Source: an uncultured Hydrogenophaga sp.
GTDB lineage: Bacteria; Pseudomonadota; Gammaproteobacteria; Burkholderiales; Burkholderiaceae_C
Direction of reading: 5' to 3'
Assembly (NCBI GenBank): GCA_964396895.1
Contig: CAYNGJ010000015.1
Location: forward strand, 33,831 to 97,830
DNA length: 64,000 nt
Shown here: positions 40,044-52,627 of the stretch, piece by piece
Layout: each line of letters starts with the position of its first letter
Numbering within the stretch: the first letter of the stretch is position 1
The notes under the pieces: generated by a model
The model's input: only the letters and a program-made list of their open reading frames with translations
What the model was told of the DNA's origin: nothing
Databases searched by the model: none
Translations under genes and position numbers: made by a program

Positions 40044-41252
40044 TTGAAACCCATACCCACCACCGCTGGCGCCATCCCTTCAGTCATACTGGCGGGGGTC
40101 GACTTTGGTGTTCCCCATTTCGACGGTGAACTGGACGAGTTGGCCCAGTTGGCTGAGACGGCTGGCTTTCGGGTGGCGGACAAACTCACTTGCAAGCGCA
40201 GGGCACCCGACCCGGCGTTGTTTGTGGGCTCGGGCAAAGCCGCTGAGCTCAAGCTGATGGTGGATGCCCAGGGAGCCAGCGAGGTTCTGTTCGATCAAGC
40301 GCTGAGTCCAGCCCAACAGCGCAACCTGGAACGTTTTTTGGGTGTGGCCGTGAACGACCGGACATTGCTCATATTGGAAATTTTTGCGCAACGCGCCCGC
40401 AGCCACGAGGGTAAACTGCAGGTGGAGCTGGCCCGCTTGCAATACCTGTCGACCCGATTGGTGCGCCGCTGGTCGCACCTGGAGCGCCAGCGTGGCGGTG
40501 TGGGTCACCGCGGTGGTCCGGGTGAAACCCAGATTGAGCTTGACCGCCGGATGCTGTCCGACAGTGTCAAACGCACCCGTGAGCGGTTGGAAAAAGTCAA
40601 AAAGCAGCGTGCCACCCAGCGCAAACAGCGCGACCGCCGCCAAGCCTTCAACGTCTCACTGGTGGGCTACACCAACGCGGGCAAATCCTCGCTGTTCAAC
40701 GCCCTCGTCAAGGCGCGCAGTTACGCGGCCGACCAGTTGTTTGCCACTTTGGACACCACCACGCGCCAGTTGTACCTGGGCGATGCCGGTGGCATGGTGT
40801 CTTTGTCCGACACGGTGGGGTTCATTCGGGACTTGCCACATGGCTTGGTGGATGCTTTCTCGGCCACCCTGCAAGAGGCTGTGGATGCCGACCTCTTGCT
40901 GCACGTGGTAGACGCTTCCAATCCCGGTTGCCTGGAGCAAATGCAAGAGGTTCAGCGCGTGCTCAATGAGATTGGTGCAGCCGATGTACCCCAGTTGCTG
41001 GTGTTCAACAAGTTGGACGCGATGGCACCAGAATCCGTGCCCGACACCTTGATGGGGAGCATGGAACTGGACGGGCGAGGGCTGCGCCGCGTATTTGTCA
41101 GCGCCACACAGGGAACTGGATTGCCCGAATTGCGCTCTCTCTTGGTGGAAATTGTTGCCCAGGGTAAGCGTGCCAGCGGTGGCCCCTGGGACACCGACAA
41201 CCGTTTTGTGCCGACCGACGAAGCAGAGGCCGACGGTCTGGACCTCGCCTGA
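40044..41252 (+). CDS. hflX: GTPase HflX
   Basis: It has GYTNAGKSSLFN, DTVGFI and NKLD motifs plus the HflX N-domain. Confidence 0.95.
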   Translation: MKPIPTTAGAIPSVILAGVDFGVPHFDGELDELAQLAETAGFRVADKLTCKRRAPDPALFVGSGKAAELKLMVDAQGASEVLFDQALSPAQQRNLERFLGVAVNDRTLLILEIFAQRARSHEGKLQVELARLQYLSTRLVRRWSHLERQRGGVGHRGGPGETQIELDRRMLSDSVKRTRERLEKVKKQRATQRKQRDRRQAFNVSLVGYTNAGKSSLFNALVKARSYAADQLFATLDTTTRQLYLGDAGGMVSLSDTVGFIRDLPHGLVDAFSATLQEAVDADLLLHVVDASNPGCLEQMQEVQRVLNEIGAADVPQLLVFNKLDAMAPESVPDTLMGSMELDGRGLRRVFVSATQGTGLPELRSLLVEIVAQGKRASGGPWDTDNRFVPTDEAEADGLDLA

Positions 41253-41291
41253 CATCCTTCACCCACTTTGTACCCACACGTTGTTGACACA

Positions 41292-42677
41292 ATGAACCCA
41301 ATCAAGCTCTCCCGCACAGGACTGCCCAGCCGCAGTTGGTGGCGCATGTTCAACCTGAACGATCCCCGTTGGGGACGCGGGGAAGGCGGCACCGACGGGG
41401 ACAGCAAGTCCCCCCGTCCCCCTGAAAGCGACGCCCCCGCACCGCCACCGACGCAGGAACCCGGGCGCAGCAACCGCCCCAATACCACGCAAGGTCCACC
41501 CGACCTGGACGAGCTGTGGCGCGACTTCAACCAAAAGCTCGGTGGTCTGCTGGGAGGTAAGGGCGGAGGCGGAGGCCGTCGGCCCAACGATGGTTCTGGT
41601 CCTTCTGGCTTCAACCCAGACCCCAAAAGTGCCGGTATTGGTTTGGGGTTGGTGGGGGTCGTGGCGTTGCTGTTCTGGGCCAGCACAGGCTTCTTCATTG
41701 TTCAGGAAGGTCAGCAAGGCGTCATCACCCAATTTGGCAAATACCATTCCACGGTGGGCGCTGGTTTCAATTGGCGCTTGCCCTATCCCATCCAGCGCCA
41801 TGAACTGGTGTTTGTGACCCAGATCCGATCGGTGGATGTGGGCCGCGATGCGGTGGTGCGGGCCACAGGCCTGCGCGAATCGGCCATGCTGACGGAAGAC
41901 GAAAACATCGTCGAAATCAAATTCGCCGTGCAATACCGTCTGAGTGACGCACGGGCCTATCTATTCGAAAGCCGGGACCCGGACGCCGCTGTCATCAAAG
42001 CCGCCGAAACCGCCGTGCGCGAGGTGGTGGGCAAAATGAAAATGGATGCCGCGTTGGCCGAAGAGCGTGACCAAATCGCCCCACGCGTGCGCACGCTGAT
42101 GCAGAACATCTTGGACCGCTACAAGGTCGGTATTGAGGTGGTGGCCGTCAACATGCAGCAAGGGGGGGTGCGTCCACCCGAGCAGGTTCAGGCGTCGTTT
42201 GACGATGTGTTGAAGGCCGGTCAGGAACGCGAACGTATCAAGAACGAAGCCCAGGCCTACGCCAACGACGTGGTGCCGCGCGCCGAGGGTGCAGCCTCTC
42301 GCCTGAGGGAAGAGGCAGAGGGCTACAAGCAGCGCATCGTCGCCCAGGCCAAAGGTGATTCAGAGCGCTTCCGCTCGGTATTGACCGAGTACCAAAAGGC
42401 CCCCCAGGTCACCCGTGAGCGCATGTACGTGGATGCCATGCAGTCCATGTACGGCAACGTGACCAAGGTGCTGATCGACTCCAAGCAGGGCAACAACCTG
42501 TTGTACCTGCCACTGGACAAAATCATGCAAATGACCAACGGGGGCAACGCGACCAGCACCACGGGAGGCGCAGCGGCCAGTACCCTGCCCAACCCGGTGC
42601 CCGCCAGTTCCAACAGCGGCACCACCACCAGCCGCACCCGTGACGCCGAGCGCACCCGCCAGCGCGACGTCCGCTGA
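41292..42677 (+). CDS. hflK: FtsH protease modulator HflK
   Basis: It has an SPFH/band-7 domain and the N-terminus ..MFNLNDPRWGRG. Start candidates are TTG 41268, ATG 41292 and ATG 41346. Confidence 0.93.
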   Translation: MNPIKLSRTGLPSRSWWRMFNLNDPRWGRGEGGTDGDSKSPRPPESDAPAPPPTQEPGRSNRPNTTQGPPDLDELWRDFNQKLGGLLGGKGGGGGRRPNDGSGPSGFNPDPKSAGIGLGLVGVVALLFWASTGFFIVQEGQQGVITQFGKYHSTVGAGFNWRLPYPIQRHELVFVTQIRSVDVGRDAVVRATGLRESAMLTEDENIVEIKFAVQYRLSDARAYLFESRDPDAAVIKAAETAVREVVGKMKMDAALAEERDQIAPRVRTLMQNILDRYKVGIEVVAVNMQQGGVRPPEQVQASFDDVLKAGQERERIKNEAQAYANDVVPRAEGAASRLREEAEGYKQRIVAQAKGDSERFRSVLTEYQKAPQVTRERMYVDAMQSMYGNVTKVLIDSKQGNNLLYLPLDKIMQMTNGGNATSTTGGAAASTLPNPVPASSNSGTTTSRTRDAERTRQRDVR

Positions 42678-42701
42678 AGCCGTACATAGGAAGCAGACAA
42701 A

Positions 42702-43598
42702 ATGAACAGATTGGGTTTTATCGGTGCTTCGCTGGTGCTGGTCTTGGCCATCCTCAGCTCCACCGTCTTTGTGGTTGACCAGCGCCAGTTTGGCGTGGTC
42801 TACCAGTTGGGACAAATCCGCAGCGTGATCACCGAACCGGGGCTGAATTTCAAAATGCCGCCCCCGCTGCAAAACGTGTCCTACATCGACAAGCGCCTGC
42901 TCACGCTGGACAGCACAGATGCTGAGCCCATGCTGACCGCTGAAAAACAGCGCGTGGTCATCGACTGGTACGTGCGTTGGCGTGTGTCAGAACCCCAGGA
43001 ATACATCCGCAACGTGGGACTCGACGAGCGGGCAGGTGCCCTGCAGCTGACCCGTGTGGTGAGAAACGCGTTCCAGCAAGAGGTGAACAAGCTCACGGTC
43101 AACGAACTGTTGTCCACCAAGCGCGACGCGCTGATGAACGACGTGCGCACCCAGGTGCTCAGCGCGGTGCGCAGCGCCGAAAAGCCTTGGGGCATGGACG
43201 TGGTGGACGTGCGCATCAACCGCGTGGACTACTTCGAGACCATCACCGAATCGGTCTATCGCCGCATGGAGGCCGAGCGCCAGCAGGTGGCCAATCAGCT
43301 TCGCTCCACCGGTTCTGCCGAGGGTGAGCAAATCCGCGCGTCCGCCGACCGGCAACGTGAAGTGACGCTGGCCAACGCCTACCGCGAGGCACAGAAAGTC
43401 AAGGGCGATGGCGATGCCGAGGCCGCGCGCACCTATGCCGAGGCGTTTGGCAAAGATGCGTCGTTCGCTCAGTTCTACCGCAGCCTGGAGGCCTACAAGT
43501 CCAGTTTTGCCAGTAAGTCGGATGTGGTGGTCGTGGACCCCTCGTCGGAGTTCTTCAAGGCCATGCGCAGCAGCAACCTCGGCAACACAGGCAAATGA
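42702..43598 (+). CDS. hflC: FtsH protease modulator HflC
   Basis: It has an SPFH domain and is the partner gene downstream of hflK. Confidence 0.95.
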   Translation: MNRLGFIGASLVLVLAILSSTVFVVDQRQFGVVYQLGQIRSVITEPGLNFKMPPPLQNVSYIDKRLLTLDSTDAEPMLTAEKQRVVIDWYVRWRVSEPQEYIRNVGLDERAGALQLTRVVRNAFQQEVNKLTVNELLSTKRDALMNDVRTQVLSAVRSAEKPWGMDVVDVRINRVDYFETITESVYRRMEAERQQVANQLRSTGSAEGEQIRASADRQREVTLANAYREAQKVKGDGDAEAARTYAEAFGKDASFAQFYRSLEAYKSSFASKSDVVVVDPSSEFFKAMRSSNLGNTGK

Positions 43599-43613
43599 GC
43601 GGGCTCACTGCCC

Positions 43614-43799
43614 ATGCTTGACAGCCTGTGGTTGGCACTGGCCCTCGTGTGCATCATCGAGGGCCTTTTTCCTTTTGTATCCCCGTCATCTTGGCGGCAG
43701 ACGTTCACCACACTGCTTGGCTTGAGTGACGGACAAATCCGATTTTTCGGATTGTTCGCCATTTTGCTGGGACTGCTCGGGTTGGTTTTTTTGGCCTGA
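43614..43799 (+). CDS. DUF2065 (YjeT-like) small membrane protein
   Basis: The 61-aa protein has two hydrophobic helices and IEGLFPFVSP. It occupies the conserved slot between hflC and hisZ/purA. Confidence 0.75.
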   Translation: MLDSLWLALALVCIIEGLFPFVSPSSWRQTFTTLLGLSDGQIRFFGLFAILLGLLGLVFLA

Positions 43800-43843
43800 G
43801 TGGACCCGGTAAAATCCCTTTTTTAACAGCCCCCTGAAAACAC

Positions 43844-46425
<2,582 letters not shown>

Positions 46426-46433
46426 TTTTTAAC

Positions 46434-46483
46434 AAAAAGTGCACTCAGCGCTTTATTTATAAGCATTGTTAGCTACTTATTTT
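46434..46483 (+). repeat. AT-rich repeat copy R6 (purA-PRTase spacer)
   Basis: AAAAAGTGCACTCAGCGCTTTATTTATAAGCATTGTTAGCTACTTATTTT runs directly into the GGAG RBS of the next gene. Confidence 0.85.
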
Positions 46484-46493
46484 GGAGTAAGTC

Positions 46494-47018
46494 ATGTTGA
46501 CTGAAGACGGCAAGCATCTGTACGTGTCTTACGACGAGTACCACAACCTCATCGAGAAACTGGCACTCCGAATCCACCAGTCGGACTGGGAGTTCGACAC
46601 CATCCTGTGCCTGGCCCGCGGTGGCATGCGCCCGGGTGACATCCTCAGCCGGATTTTTGACAAACCCCTGGCCATCATGTCCACCAGCTCCTATCGCGCC
46701 GACGCCGGTACCGTGCAAGGCCGGTTGGACATTGCGCGCTTCATCACCACCCCCAAGGGCGAAATCGCGGGCAAGGTGCTGCTGGTGGACGACTTGGCCG
46801 ACACTGGTCACACCCTGCAGGCGGTCATCAACACCCTGAAAAACCACTATGAGCCCATCACCGAGTTGCGCAGCGCCGTGATCTGGACCAAGGGTGTCTC
46901 GACCTTCACGCCCGACTACTCGGTGGAATTCCTCCCCACCAACCCCTGGATTCACCAGCCTTTTGAAGGCTACGACAGCCTGCGCCCCGCCGCATTGCTG
47001 GAAAAGTGGAAGCTCTGA
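46494..47018 (+). CDS. phosphoribosyltransferase (Gpt-like purine PRTase)
   Basis: It has the VLLVDDLADTGHTL PRPP-binding motif and LARGGMRPG. Confidence 0.8.
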   Translation: MLTEDGKHLYVSYDEYHNLIEKLALRIHQSDWEFDTILCLARGGMRPGDILSRIFDKPLAIMSTSSYRADAGTVQGRLDIARFITTPKGEIAGKVLLVDDLADTGHTLQAVINTLKNHYEPITELRSAVIWTKGVSTFTPDYSVEFLPTNPWIHQPFEGYDSLRPAALLEKWKL

Positions 47019-48247
47019 CACCTGCCATGCCCGAATCGCTGTCCACCCGGCTCATTCACCATCCCTATGTCGCGCCCGTTGGGTTCGACGCCGTGGCGCC
47101 GGGGGTGCACAAGGCCTCAACGGTGTTTTTCGGCAACGTGCATGAGTTGCGTCACCGCGAGTGGCGCGACAAATCCGGCTACACCTACGGCCTGCACGGC
47201 ACGCCCACCACCTTCATGCTGGAAGAGCGCATTGCCACCCTCGAAGGAGGCCAGCACTGTGTGCTGGTGCCCAGCGGCCTGGCGGCCGTGGCCTTGGTGG
47301 ACCAGGCGTTTTTGCGGCAGGGCGACGAGCTGCTGGTACCCGACAACGCCTACGGTCCCAACAAGGCGTTGGCCGAGGGAGAGTTGAAGGGCTGGGGCAT
47401 CACCACCCGGTACTACGACCCCATGAACCCGGCGGATCTGGCCCGCCTGATCACCCCCGCGACCCGGCTGGTGTGGTTGGAAGCCCCTGGCTCCATCACC
47501 CTGGAGTTTCCCGACCTGCCAGCGTTGGTGGCCGTCATCACGCAGGCCAATGCCGAGCGCGCAGGGCAGGGTGGCGCCAACGCCGCCCGGCCCATGTTGA
47601 GCGTACTGGACAACACCTGGGGTGCAGGCATCGCTTTCAACGCGTTCGACCTGGGGGTGGACATGTCCATGCAGGCCCTCACCAAATACCCCAGCGGTGG
47701 CGCCGATGTGCTGATGGGCTCGGTGGTCACCCGTGACGCATCTCTGCACCACAGTTTGCTCATGACGCACATGCGCCTGGGTCTGGGTGTGGGTGGCAAC
47801 GATGCCGAACTGGTGTTGCGCGGCCTGCCCAGTGTGGCCTTGCGCTACCACGCACAAGACAGCAGCACCCGCGCCCTGGCGCAGTGGATGCAACAGCGCG
47901 CTGAGGTGGCCTGCGTGCTGCACCCGGCATTGCCCACCTCACCCGGCCACGCCCACTGGCTGCGCGATGCCAGTGCGGCGGCCTGCCTGTTCAGCGCGGT
48001 ATTCAAACCTGCCCACACGCAGGCGCAGGTGGACGCGTTCTGCGACCGGCTCCAGCGGTTCAAGCTGGGTTGGAGTTGGGCAGGGCCCATCAGCCTGTGT
48101 GCACCTTACGACGTGCCCGCCATCCGCCAGCGGCCCTGGCCCCACGCCGGTGGCTTGGTTCGCTTCGCCATTGGGCTGGAAGCCGTCGCCGATCTGCAAG
48201 CCGACCTGACCCAGGCGCTGCAGGTGTTTTCCGACACCCATGCCTGA
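47006..48247 (+). CDS. metC: cystathionine beta-lyase (PLP, Cys/Met metabolism family)
   Basis: Supporting sequence is TRLIHH..YGLHGTPTTFMLEERIATLEGG and QALTKYPSGGADVLMG (PLP Lys). The start may be Met 47027. Confidence 0.85.
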   Translation: MEALTPAMPESLSTRLIHHPYVAPVGFDAVAPGVHKASTVFFGNVHELRHREWRDKSGYTYGLHGTPTTFMLEERIATLEGGQHCVLVPSGLAAVALVDQAFLRQGDELLVPDNAYGPNKALAEGELKGWGITTRYYDPMNPADLARLITPATRLVWLEAPGSITLEFPDLPALVAVITQANAERAGQGGANAARPMLSVLDNTWGAGIAFNAFDLGVDMSMQALTKYPSGGADVLMGSVVTRDASLHHSLLMTHMRLGLGVGGNDAELVLRGLPSVALRYHAQDSSTRALAQWMQQRAEVACVLHPALPTSPGHAHWLRDASAAACLFSAVFKPAHTQAQVDAFCDRLQRFKLGWSWAGPISLCAPYDVPAIRQRPWPHAGGLVRFAIGLEAVADLQADLTQALQVFSDTHA

Positions 48248-48277
48248 CCCCCTTTTTTACCCCAACGAAAGCACCTT

Positions 48278-48487
48278 TTGGCAACTCCCAATTACGGATA
48301 CGAAAAGCGCCAGCGTGAGCTCGCCAAACGCCTGAAAAAAGAAGAAAAACTCAAATCCAAAGCCGATCGCAAACACACCGAGCCCGGTGAGTTTCCCGAC
48401 GGTGGAGACGGCTCAGCGCCCCCCAACGCACCGAGTGGCGACGCCAGCGGCAGCAGCCCCCCTCAGACTGGCGGCACCTCGGCCTGA
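48278..48487 (+). CDS. small basic/low-complexity hypothetical protein
   Basis: It has a TTG start. The N-terminus NYGYEKRQRELAKRLKKEEKLKSK resembles small conserved Burkholderiales proteins, from memory only. Its 3' end overlaps selU convergently by 25 nt. Confidence 0.35.
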   Translation: MATPNYGYEKRQRELAKRLKKEEKLKSKADRKHTEPGEFPDGGDGSAPPNAPSGDASGSSPPQTGGTSA

Positions 48488-49533
48488 ATCAGCGCACTGG
48501 CCGCCTGGGCCAGTGAGGTTTGGCTGCGATCGGCCAGTACACACACCTGTGCCTGGCCAAACTGCACAAAGTTGCGCCCAATGGACTGCGCGTACATGGG
48601 GTCGTAGTGCACCGTCAACAGCGCTTGCACCACCTCGGGCGTGTGCCCCGCCAGGACTTGTTCCACCCACTGTGCCACCTGTGCGTTGCCCCTGCGCTCG
48701 GCCAGGGCCTGCAGGCGTTGGCAAAAAAACGCCGGGTCTGTCACAAAAAAATCATAGTCTTCCAGCAACAGCGCCACGCGCTCGGCGTCTGACAGCTGAA
48801 GGTCTATGCACGGGCTGGCGCGCATCGCGTCCATGAGGGCGTCAGGCACCCGCAGGTCGCCCACTTTTTTGCTTTCACTTTCCACGTACACCGGCCGCGT
48901 CGGGTCAAAGCCGCGCAGCGCTGACCACACCAGGGTGTCAAAGCGCTTCTGGCTGGGTTGGGGCACGCCTGGAATGTGGCCCAGCACCGAGCTGCGGTGG
49001 TTGGCCAGCGCCTCCAGGTCCAGCACCTGGGCACCCCGGGCCGCCAGCGCGGTCAGCAACCGGGTTTTGCCACTGCCAGTGGGGCCACAGATCACCCGGT
49101 AGTGCAGTGCCTGTGACAGGGCCGGTAATTCGGCCAGCACCGCCTGGCGAAACGCCTTGTAGCCCCCCTCCAGCAGGGTCACTTGAAACCCGATGGCACC
49201 CAGAATGGTGGCCAGCGCACCGCTGCGGTTGCCACCACGCCAGCAGTACACCAGTGGTTTCCAGCCCTTGGGGGCATCCAGCAGCTCACGCTCAATGTGG
49301 TTGGCGACGTTGCGGGCCACCAGCGCGGCCCCACGTTTTTTGGCCTCGAACGCATTGACCTGCTTGTACAGGGTGCCAATGGCCACGCGCTCCTCGTTGT
49401 TCAGGCTGGGCCAGTTGATGGCGCCTGGCACATGGTCCAGGGCATGTTCCAGCTCGGTGCGTGCGTCGATGATGGCATCGAACGTGCCCAGTTGGTTCAG
49501 CGCCAGCGGCGCAGCCAGTGTTTTCAAGCTCAT
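48463..49533 (-). CDS. selU: tRNA 2-selenouridine synthase
   Basis: It has a rhodanese domain with YCWRGGNRS and a P-loop (ICGPTGSGKT). Confidence 0.9.
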   Translation of the reverse strand: MSLKTLAAPLALNQLGTFDAIIDARTELEHALDHVPGAINWPSLNNEERVAIGTLYKQVNAFEAKKRGAALVARNVANHIERELLDAPKGWKPLVYCWRGGNRSGALATILGAIGFQVTLLEGGYKAFRQAVLAELPALSQALHYRVICGPTGSGKTRLLTALAARGAQVLDLEALANHRSSVLGHIPGVPQPSQKRFDTLVWSALRGFDPTRPVYVESESKKVGDLRVPDALMDAMRASPCIDLQLSDAERVALLLEDYDFFVTDPAFFCQRLQALAERRGNAQVAQWVEQVLAGHTPEVVQALLTVHYDPMYAQSIGRNFVQFGQAQVCVLADRSQTSLAQAASALIQAEVPPV

Positions 49534-49546
49534 GTTGGGGGTGGTG

Positions 49547-50239
49547 TTATTTCAGTTGAGGCAGCAGCACAGGCCAGACGTTGTCCAGCATCAGCGCCTG
49601 TGCCTCTTCGTTGGGGTGAATGCGGTCGGCCTGGAAGAGGCGGGTGGCATCGGCACCGTCGGCCACGTTGGCCAGCAAAAACGGCACCAGTGCCGACTTG
49701 TGCTGCCGGGCCACTTTCACAAACACCTGGCTGAAGTCCCGGGCGTAGGCGCTGCCATAGTTGGGCGGCACCTGCATGCCCACCACGGTCACCTTGGCTC
49801 CCGCTTGGCGGCTGGCCTGCGCCATGGCCGACAGGTTGGCCTCGGTCATGCGCAAGTCCAGGCCGCGCAGGGCGTCGTTGCCCCCCAGCTCCAACAGAAC
49901 ATGGGTGGGCCGGTGACGCTTGAGCAGTGCGGGCAGGCGGGAACGGCCACCGGCCGTGGTGTCGCCACTGATGCTGGCGTTGATGACCTCCGCGCCGGAG
50001 ACCCGCTCTTGCAACCGGGCTTGCAGCAGCGCCACCCAGCCGGTGCCGCGCGCCAGGCCATATTCGGCGCTGAGCGAGTCACCCACCACCAGCAAGGTGA
50101 ACTGGGTGGGCGCCGACGCGGCCTGCACCTGGGCGGGCAGCGCCCCCATTGCCCCGGCGCAGAGGCAGGCCAAGCCAAGCACGCTACAGTGCGAGACAAG
50201 GCGACGACGTGTCGTCGGCATGGAGTGAATGTGGCGCAT
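49547..50239 (-). CDS. tesA: SGNH/GDSL arylesterase (TesA-like), secreted
   Basis: Supporting motifs are VVGDSLSAEYG, GGNDALRG and DRIHPN. The start is Met 50239 or 50221. It is divergent from an ABC ATPase, as with tesA/ybbA in E. coli. Confidence 0.85.
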   Translation of the reverse strand: MRHIHSMPTTRRRLVSHCSVLGLACLCAGAMGALPAQVQAASAPTQFTLLVVGDSLSAEYGLARGTGWVALLQARLQERVSGAEVINASISGDTTAGGRSRLPALLKRHRPTHVLLELGGNDALRGLDLRMTEANLSAMAQASRQAGAKVTVVGMQVPPNYGSAYARDFSQVFVKVARQHKSALVPFLLANVADGADATRLFQADRIHPNEEAQALMLDNVWPVLLPQLK

Positions 50240-50963
50240 GACTGAAGTTTTGAATAGGCAATCGGGCACCGGTGCGCAAACGCCGGCAGGGGTGGTGGAA
50301 ACCGCAGTGGTGCGGGTGGAGCGGCTGGGTAAGTCGGTGACGGACTCGGGCGGCACGCTGGCTATTTTGCGCGATATCGATTTTTCGCTTCGCCGAGGTG
50401 AAACGGCCGCCATTGTCGGCGCTTCGGGCTCGGGTAAAAGCACGCTGTTGTCCATCGTGGCCGGCCTGGACACCCCCACACAAGGCACCGTGTGGCTGGA
50501 TGGCCAGGACCTGTTTGCCCTGAGCGAAGACCAGCGTGCCGCGCTGCGTGCGCAGAAGGTAGGTTTTGTGTTCCAGAGTTTTCAACTCATGGGCAACCTG
50601 ACGGCGCTGGAGAACGTGATGCTCCCCCTGGAGCTGGCAGGCCGTCGCGATGCCCGCAGCGCCGCCACCGACATGTTGCAGCGCGTGGGTTTGGGCCAAC
50701 GGCTGGGGCATTACCCCAAGGTGCTCTCGGGTGGTGAGCAACAGCGCGTGGCCCTGGCTCGCGCCTTTGTGGTGCGGCCCGCCGTGCTGTTGGCCGATGA
50801 GCCCACCGGCAGCCTGGACTTTGCCACCGGCGAAACCATCATGCGGCTGATGTTTGACCTCAACCGCGAGCTGGGCACCACACTGGTGCTGGTGACGCAC
50901 GACAGGCAGATTGCCGCGCGGTGCGAGCGGCGCATCACCATCGAAGCGGGCTGCATGGTCTGA
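50229..50963 (+). CDS. ABC transporter ATP-binding protein (YbbA/LolD-like)
   Basis: It has Walker A (GASGSGKST), the signature LSGGEQQRVALARA and Walker B (LLADEPTGSLD). Confidence 0.9.
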   Translation: MWRMTEVLNRQSGTGAQTPAGVVETAVVRVERLGKSVTDSGGTLAILRDIDFSLRRGETAAIVGASGSGKSTLLSIVAGLDTPTQGTVWLDGQDLFALSEDQRAALRAQKVGFVFQSFQLMGNLTALENVMLPLELAGRRDARSAATDMLQRVGLGQRLGHYPKVLSGGEQQRVALARAFVVRPAVLLADEPTGSLDFATGETIMRLMFDLNRELGTTLVLVTHDRQIAARCERRITIEAGCMV

Positions 50964-51013
50964 CCCTGGCGCGCCCCCGCCACGCCGAGTGGGTCAGCGG
51001 GGATAATCGGCAC

Positions 51014-51763
51014 ATGTCTTCACACAAAGTTCTGTTCGGCTTTCATGCCGTGGGTGTGCGCCTGAAAACGGCGCCCCAGTCCATCGTCGAGGTGTATTAC
51101 GAGGTCACCCGGCGCGACGCCCGTATGCGCCAGTTTCTGGACCGTGCCCGCGAAGCCGGTGTGCGCCTGATCGAGGCCGACGGCCTGCGCCTGTCCAAAC
51201 TGGCGGGCAGCCACGGCCACCAGGGTGTAGCTGCCCGGGTAGACCCGGTGGCCCAGATCACCTCGCTGGACGAGCTGCTGGAGCAGCTGGAAGCCGACGG
51301 GGTGAACAATCCCTTGCTGTTGGTGTTGGACGGCATCACCGATCCGCACAACCTGGGCGCTTGCCTGCGCGTGGCCGACGGAGCAGGGGCCCACGCCGTG
51401 ATTGCCCCCAAAGACCATGCGGCGGGCATCAACGCGACGGTGGCCAAGGTGGCCAGTGGGGCCGCCGAAACCATGCCGTATTTCATGGTGACCAACCTGG
51501 CACGTACCCTGGGTGAACTGAAGGAGCGCAACATCTGGGTCATTGGCACCAGCGACGATGCGCCCAACACGCTCTACCAGGTGGATTTGAAAGGACCTGT
51601 GGCCCTGGTGCTGGGGGCCGAGGGCGCCGGCATGCGCCAGCTGACCCGCAAAACCTGCGACGAACTGGTGAGCATTCCCATGAAAGGCGCGGTGGAAAGC
51701 CTGAACGTGTCGGTGGCCAGCGGCGTGTGCCTTTACGAAGCCTTGCGCCAGCGCGGTGGTTGA
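51014..51763 (+). CDS. rlmB: 23S rRNA (guanosine-2'-O)-methyltransferase RlmB (SpoU/TrmH family)
   Basis: Starts at ATG 51014. Supporting sequence is LFGFHAV.., HQGVAARV, DPHNLGACLRVADGAGAH and SLNVSVASGVCLYE. Confidence 0.9.
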   Translation: MSSHKVLFGFHAVGVRLKTAPQSIVEVYYEVTRRDARMRQFLDRAREAGVRLIEADGLRLSKLAGSHGHQGVAARVDPVAQITSLDELLEQLEADGVNNPLLLVLDGITDPHNLGACLRVADGAGAHAVIAPKDHAAGINATVAKVASGAAETMPYFMVTNLARTLGELKERNIWVIGTSDDAPNTLYQVDLKGPVALVLGAEGAGMRQLTRKTCDELVSIPMKGAVESLNVSVASGVCLYEALRQRGG

Positions 51764-51997
51764 CCCGAGCAGCGTTCACTCAAAGCCTCCACCCCGCCAC
51801 CACCTCCAGCACATCCAACGCCAGCGCACGTAGGGCAGCGACGAGTCGCCGGTGTCAATGTGGGTTCAGGGTCCCCTCGAACATCGCCTTGGCGCAGCCG
51901 CTGCAGGGCGGCAATGGCGGCGCCCTCTGGGTAGAGCAGCGCCGACTCGGTGTCCTCCTCCGTCTGTTACGCGGCGGTCTGCCAGTCCCGGTTCGCC

Positions 51998-52627
51998 TCA
52001 GATCCAACCCAGGGCGCCCAACCCTGCGCCGACCGCCAGCATCCACAACAGGTGAATCCGGGTGCGCCAGACCAGCACTGCCACCGCAAGGCTCAGCGCC
52101 CAGGCGGCCCAGGGCTGTCGGCCCAGCCAGGCGGGCAGGGCGGTCACGGTGTCGGTGGTCACCGCCGGGGTGGACAGCAGCCAGCCCGTGGCCAGCATCA
52201 GCGCCACCACCACCGGTGCCAGCCCTTGTTTGAACGCACGCACCCACAGCCGCTGCTGGTGACGGTGCACCCAGCGCGTGGCCCCATAGGTGAGCAGGGA
52301 AGAGGGCAGCAGTATGGCCACCATGGACACCACCACCCCGGCCAACGCCAGGGGCCAGGCGTGCCAGCCTGCCGCCACGCCACCCCCCGCATTCAGCCCC
52401 ACCTGCCACCCCAGCAAGGCCACAAACAGCACGTTGGGGCCGGGCGCGGCCTGGGCCAGGGCAATGCTGCTGGAAAACTGCAGTTCGCTCAACCAGTGCC
52501 GCTCGTCGTGCAAAAACCGGTGCATGTCGGGCACGGTGGCGATGGCGCCACCAATGGAGAGCAGGGACAACGTGGCAAAGTGCAGGAACAGCGCCACCCA
52601 GTCGGCCAGACCAAGTGAGGTGATCAT
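51998..52627 (-). CDS. chromate transporter (CHR) family protein, half-size
   Basis: It is a polytopic membrane protein. ALAQAAPGPNVLFVALLG is CHR-type. Confidence 0.8.
   Translation of the reverse strand: MITSLGLADWVALFLHFATLSLLSIGGAIATVPDMHRFLHDERHWLSELQFSSSIALAQAAPGPNVLFVALLGWQVGLNAGGGVAAGWHAWPLALAGVVVSMVAILLPSSLLTYGATRWVHRHQQRLWVRAFKQGLAPVVVALMLATGWLLSTPAVTTDTVTALPAWLGRQPWAAWALSLAVAVLVWRTRIHLLWMLAVGAGLGALGWI

Noticed and set aside
51727-52409. The ORFs 51727..52233 (+) and 51855..52409 (-) as genes in the rlmB-chrA gap.
   Set aside because: They are Arg/Pro/Gly-rich and overlap the well-supported chromate-transporter frame. They have no motifs.
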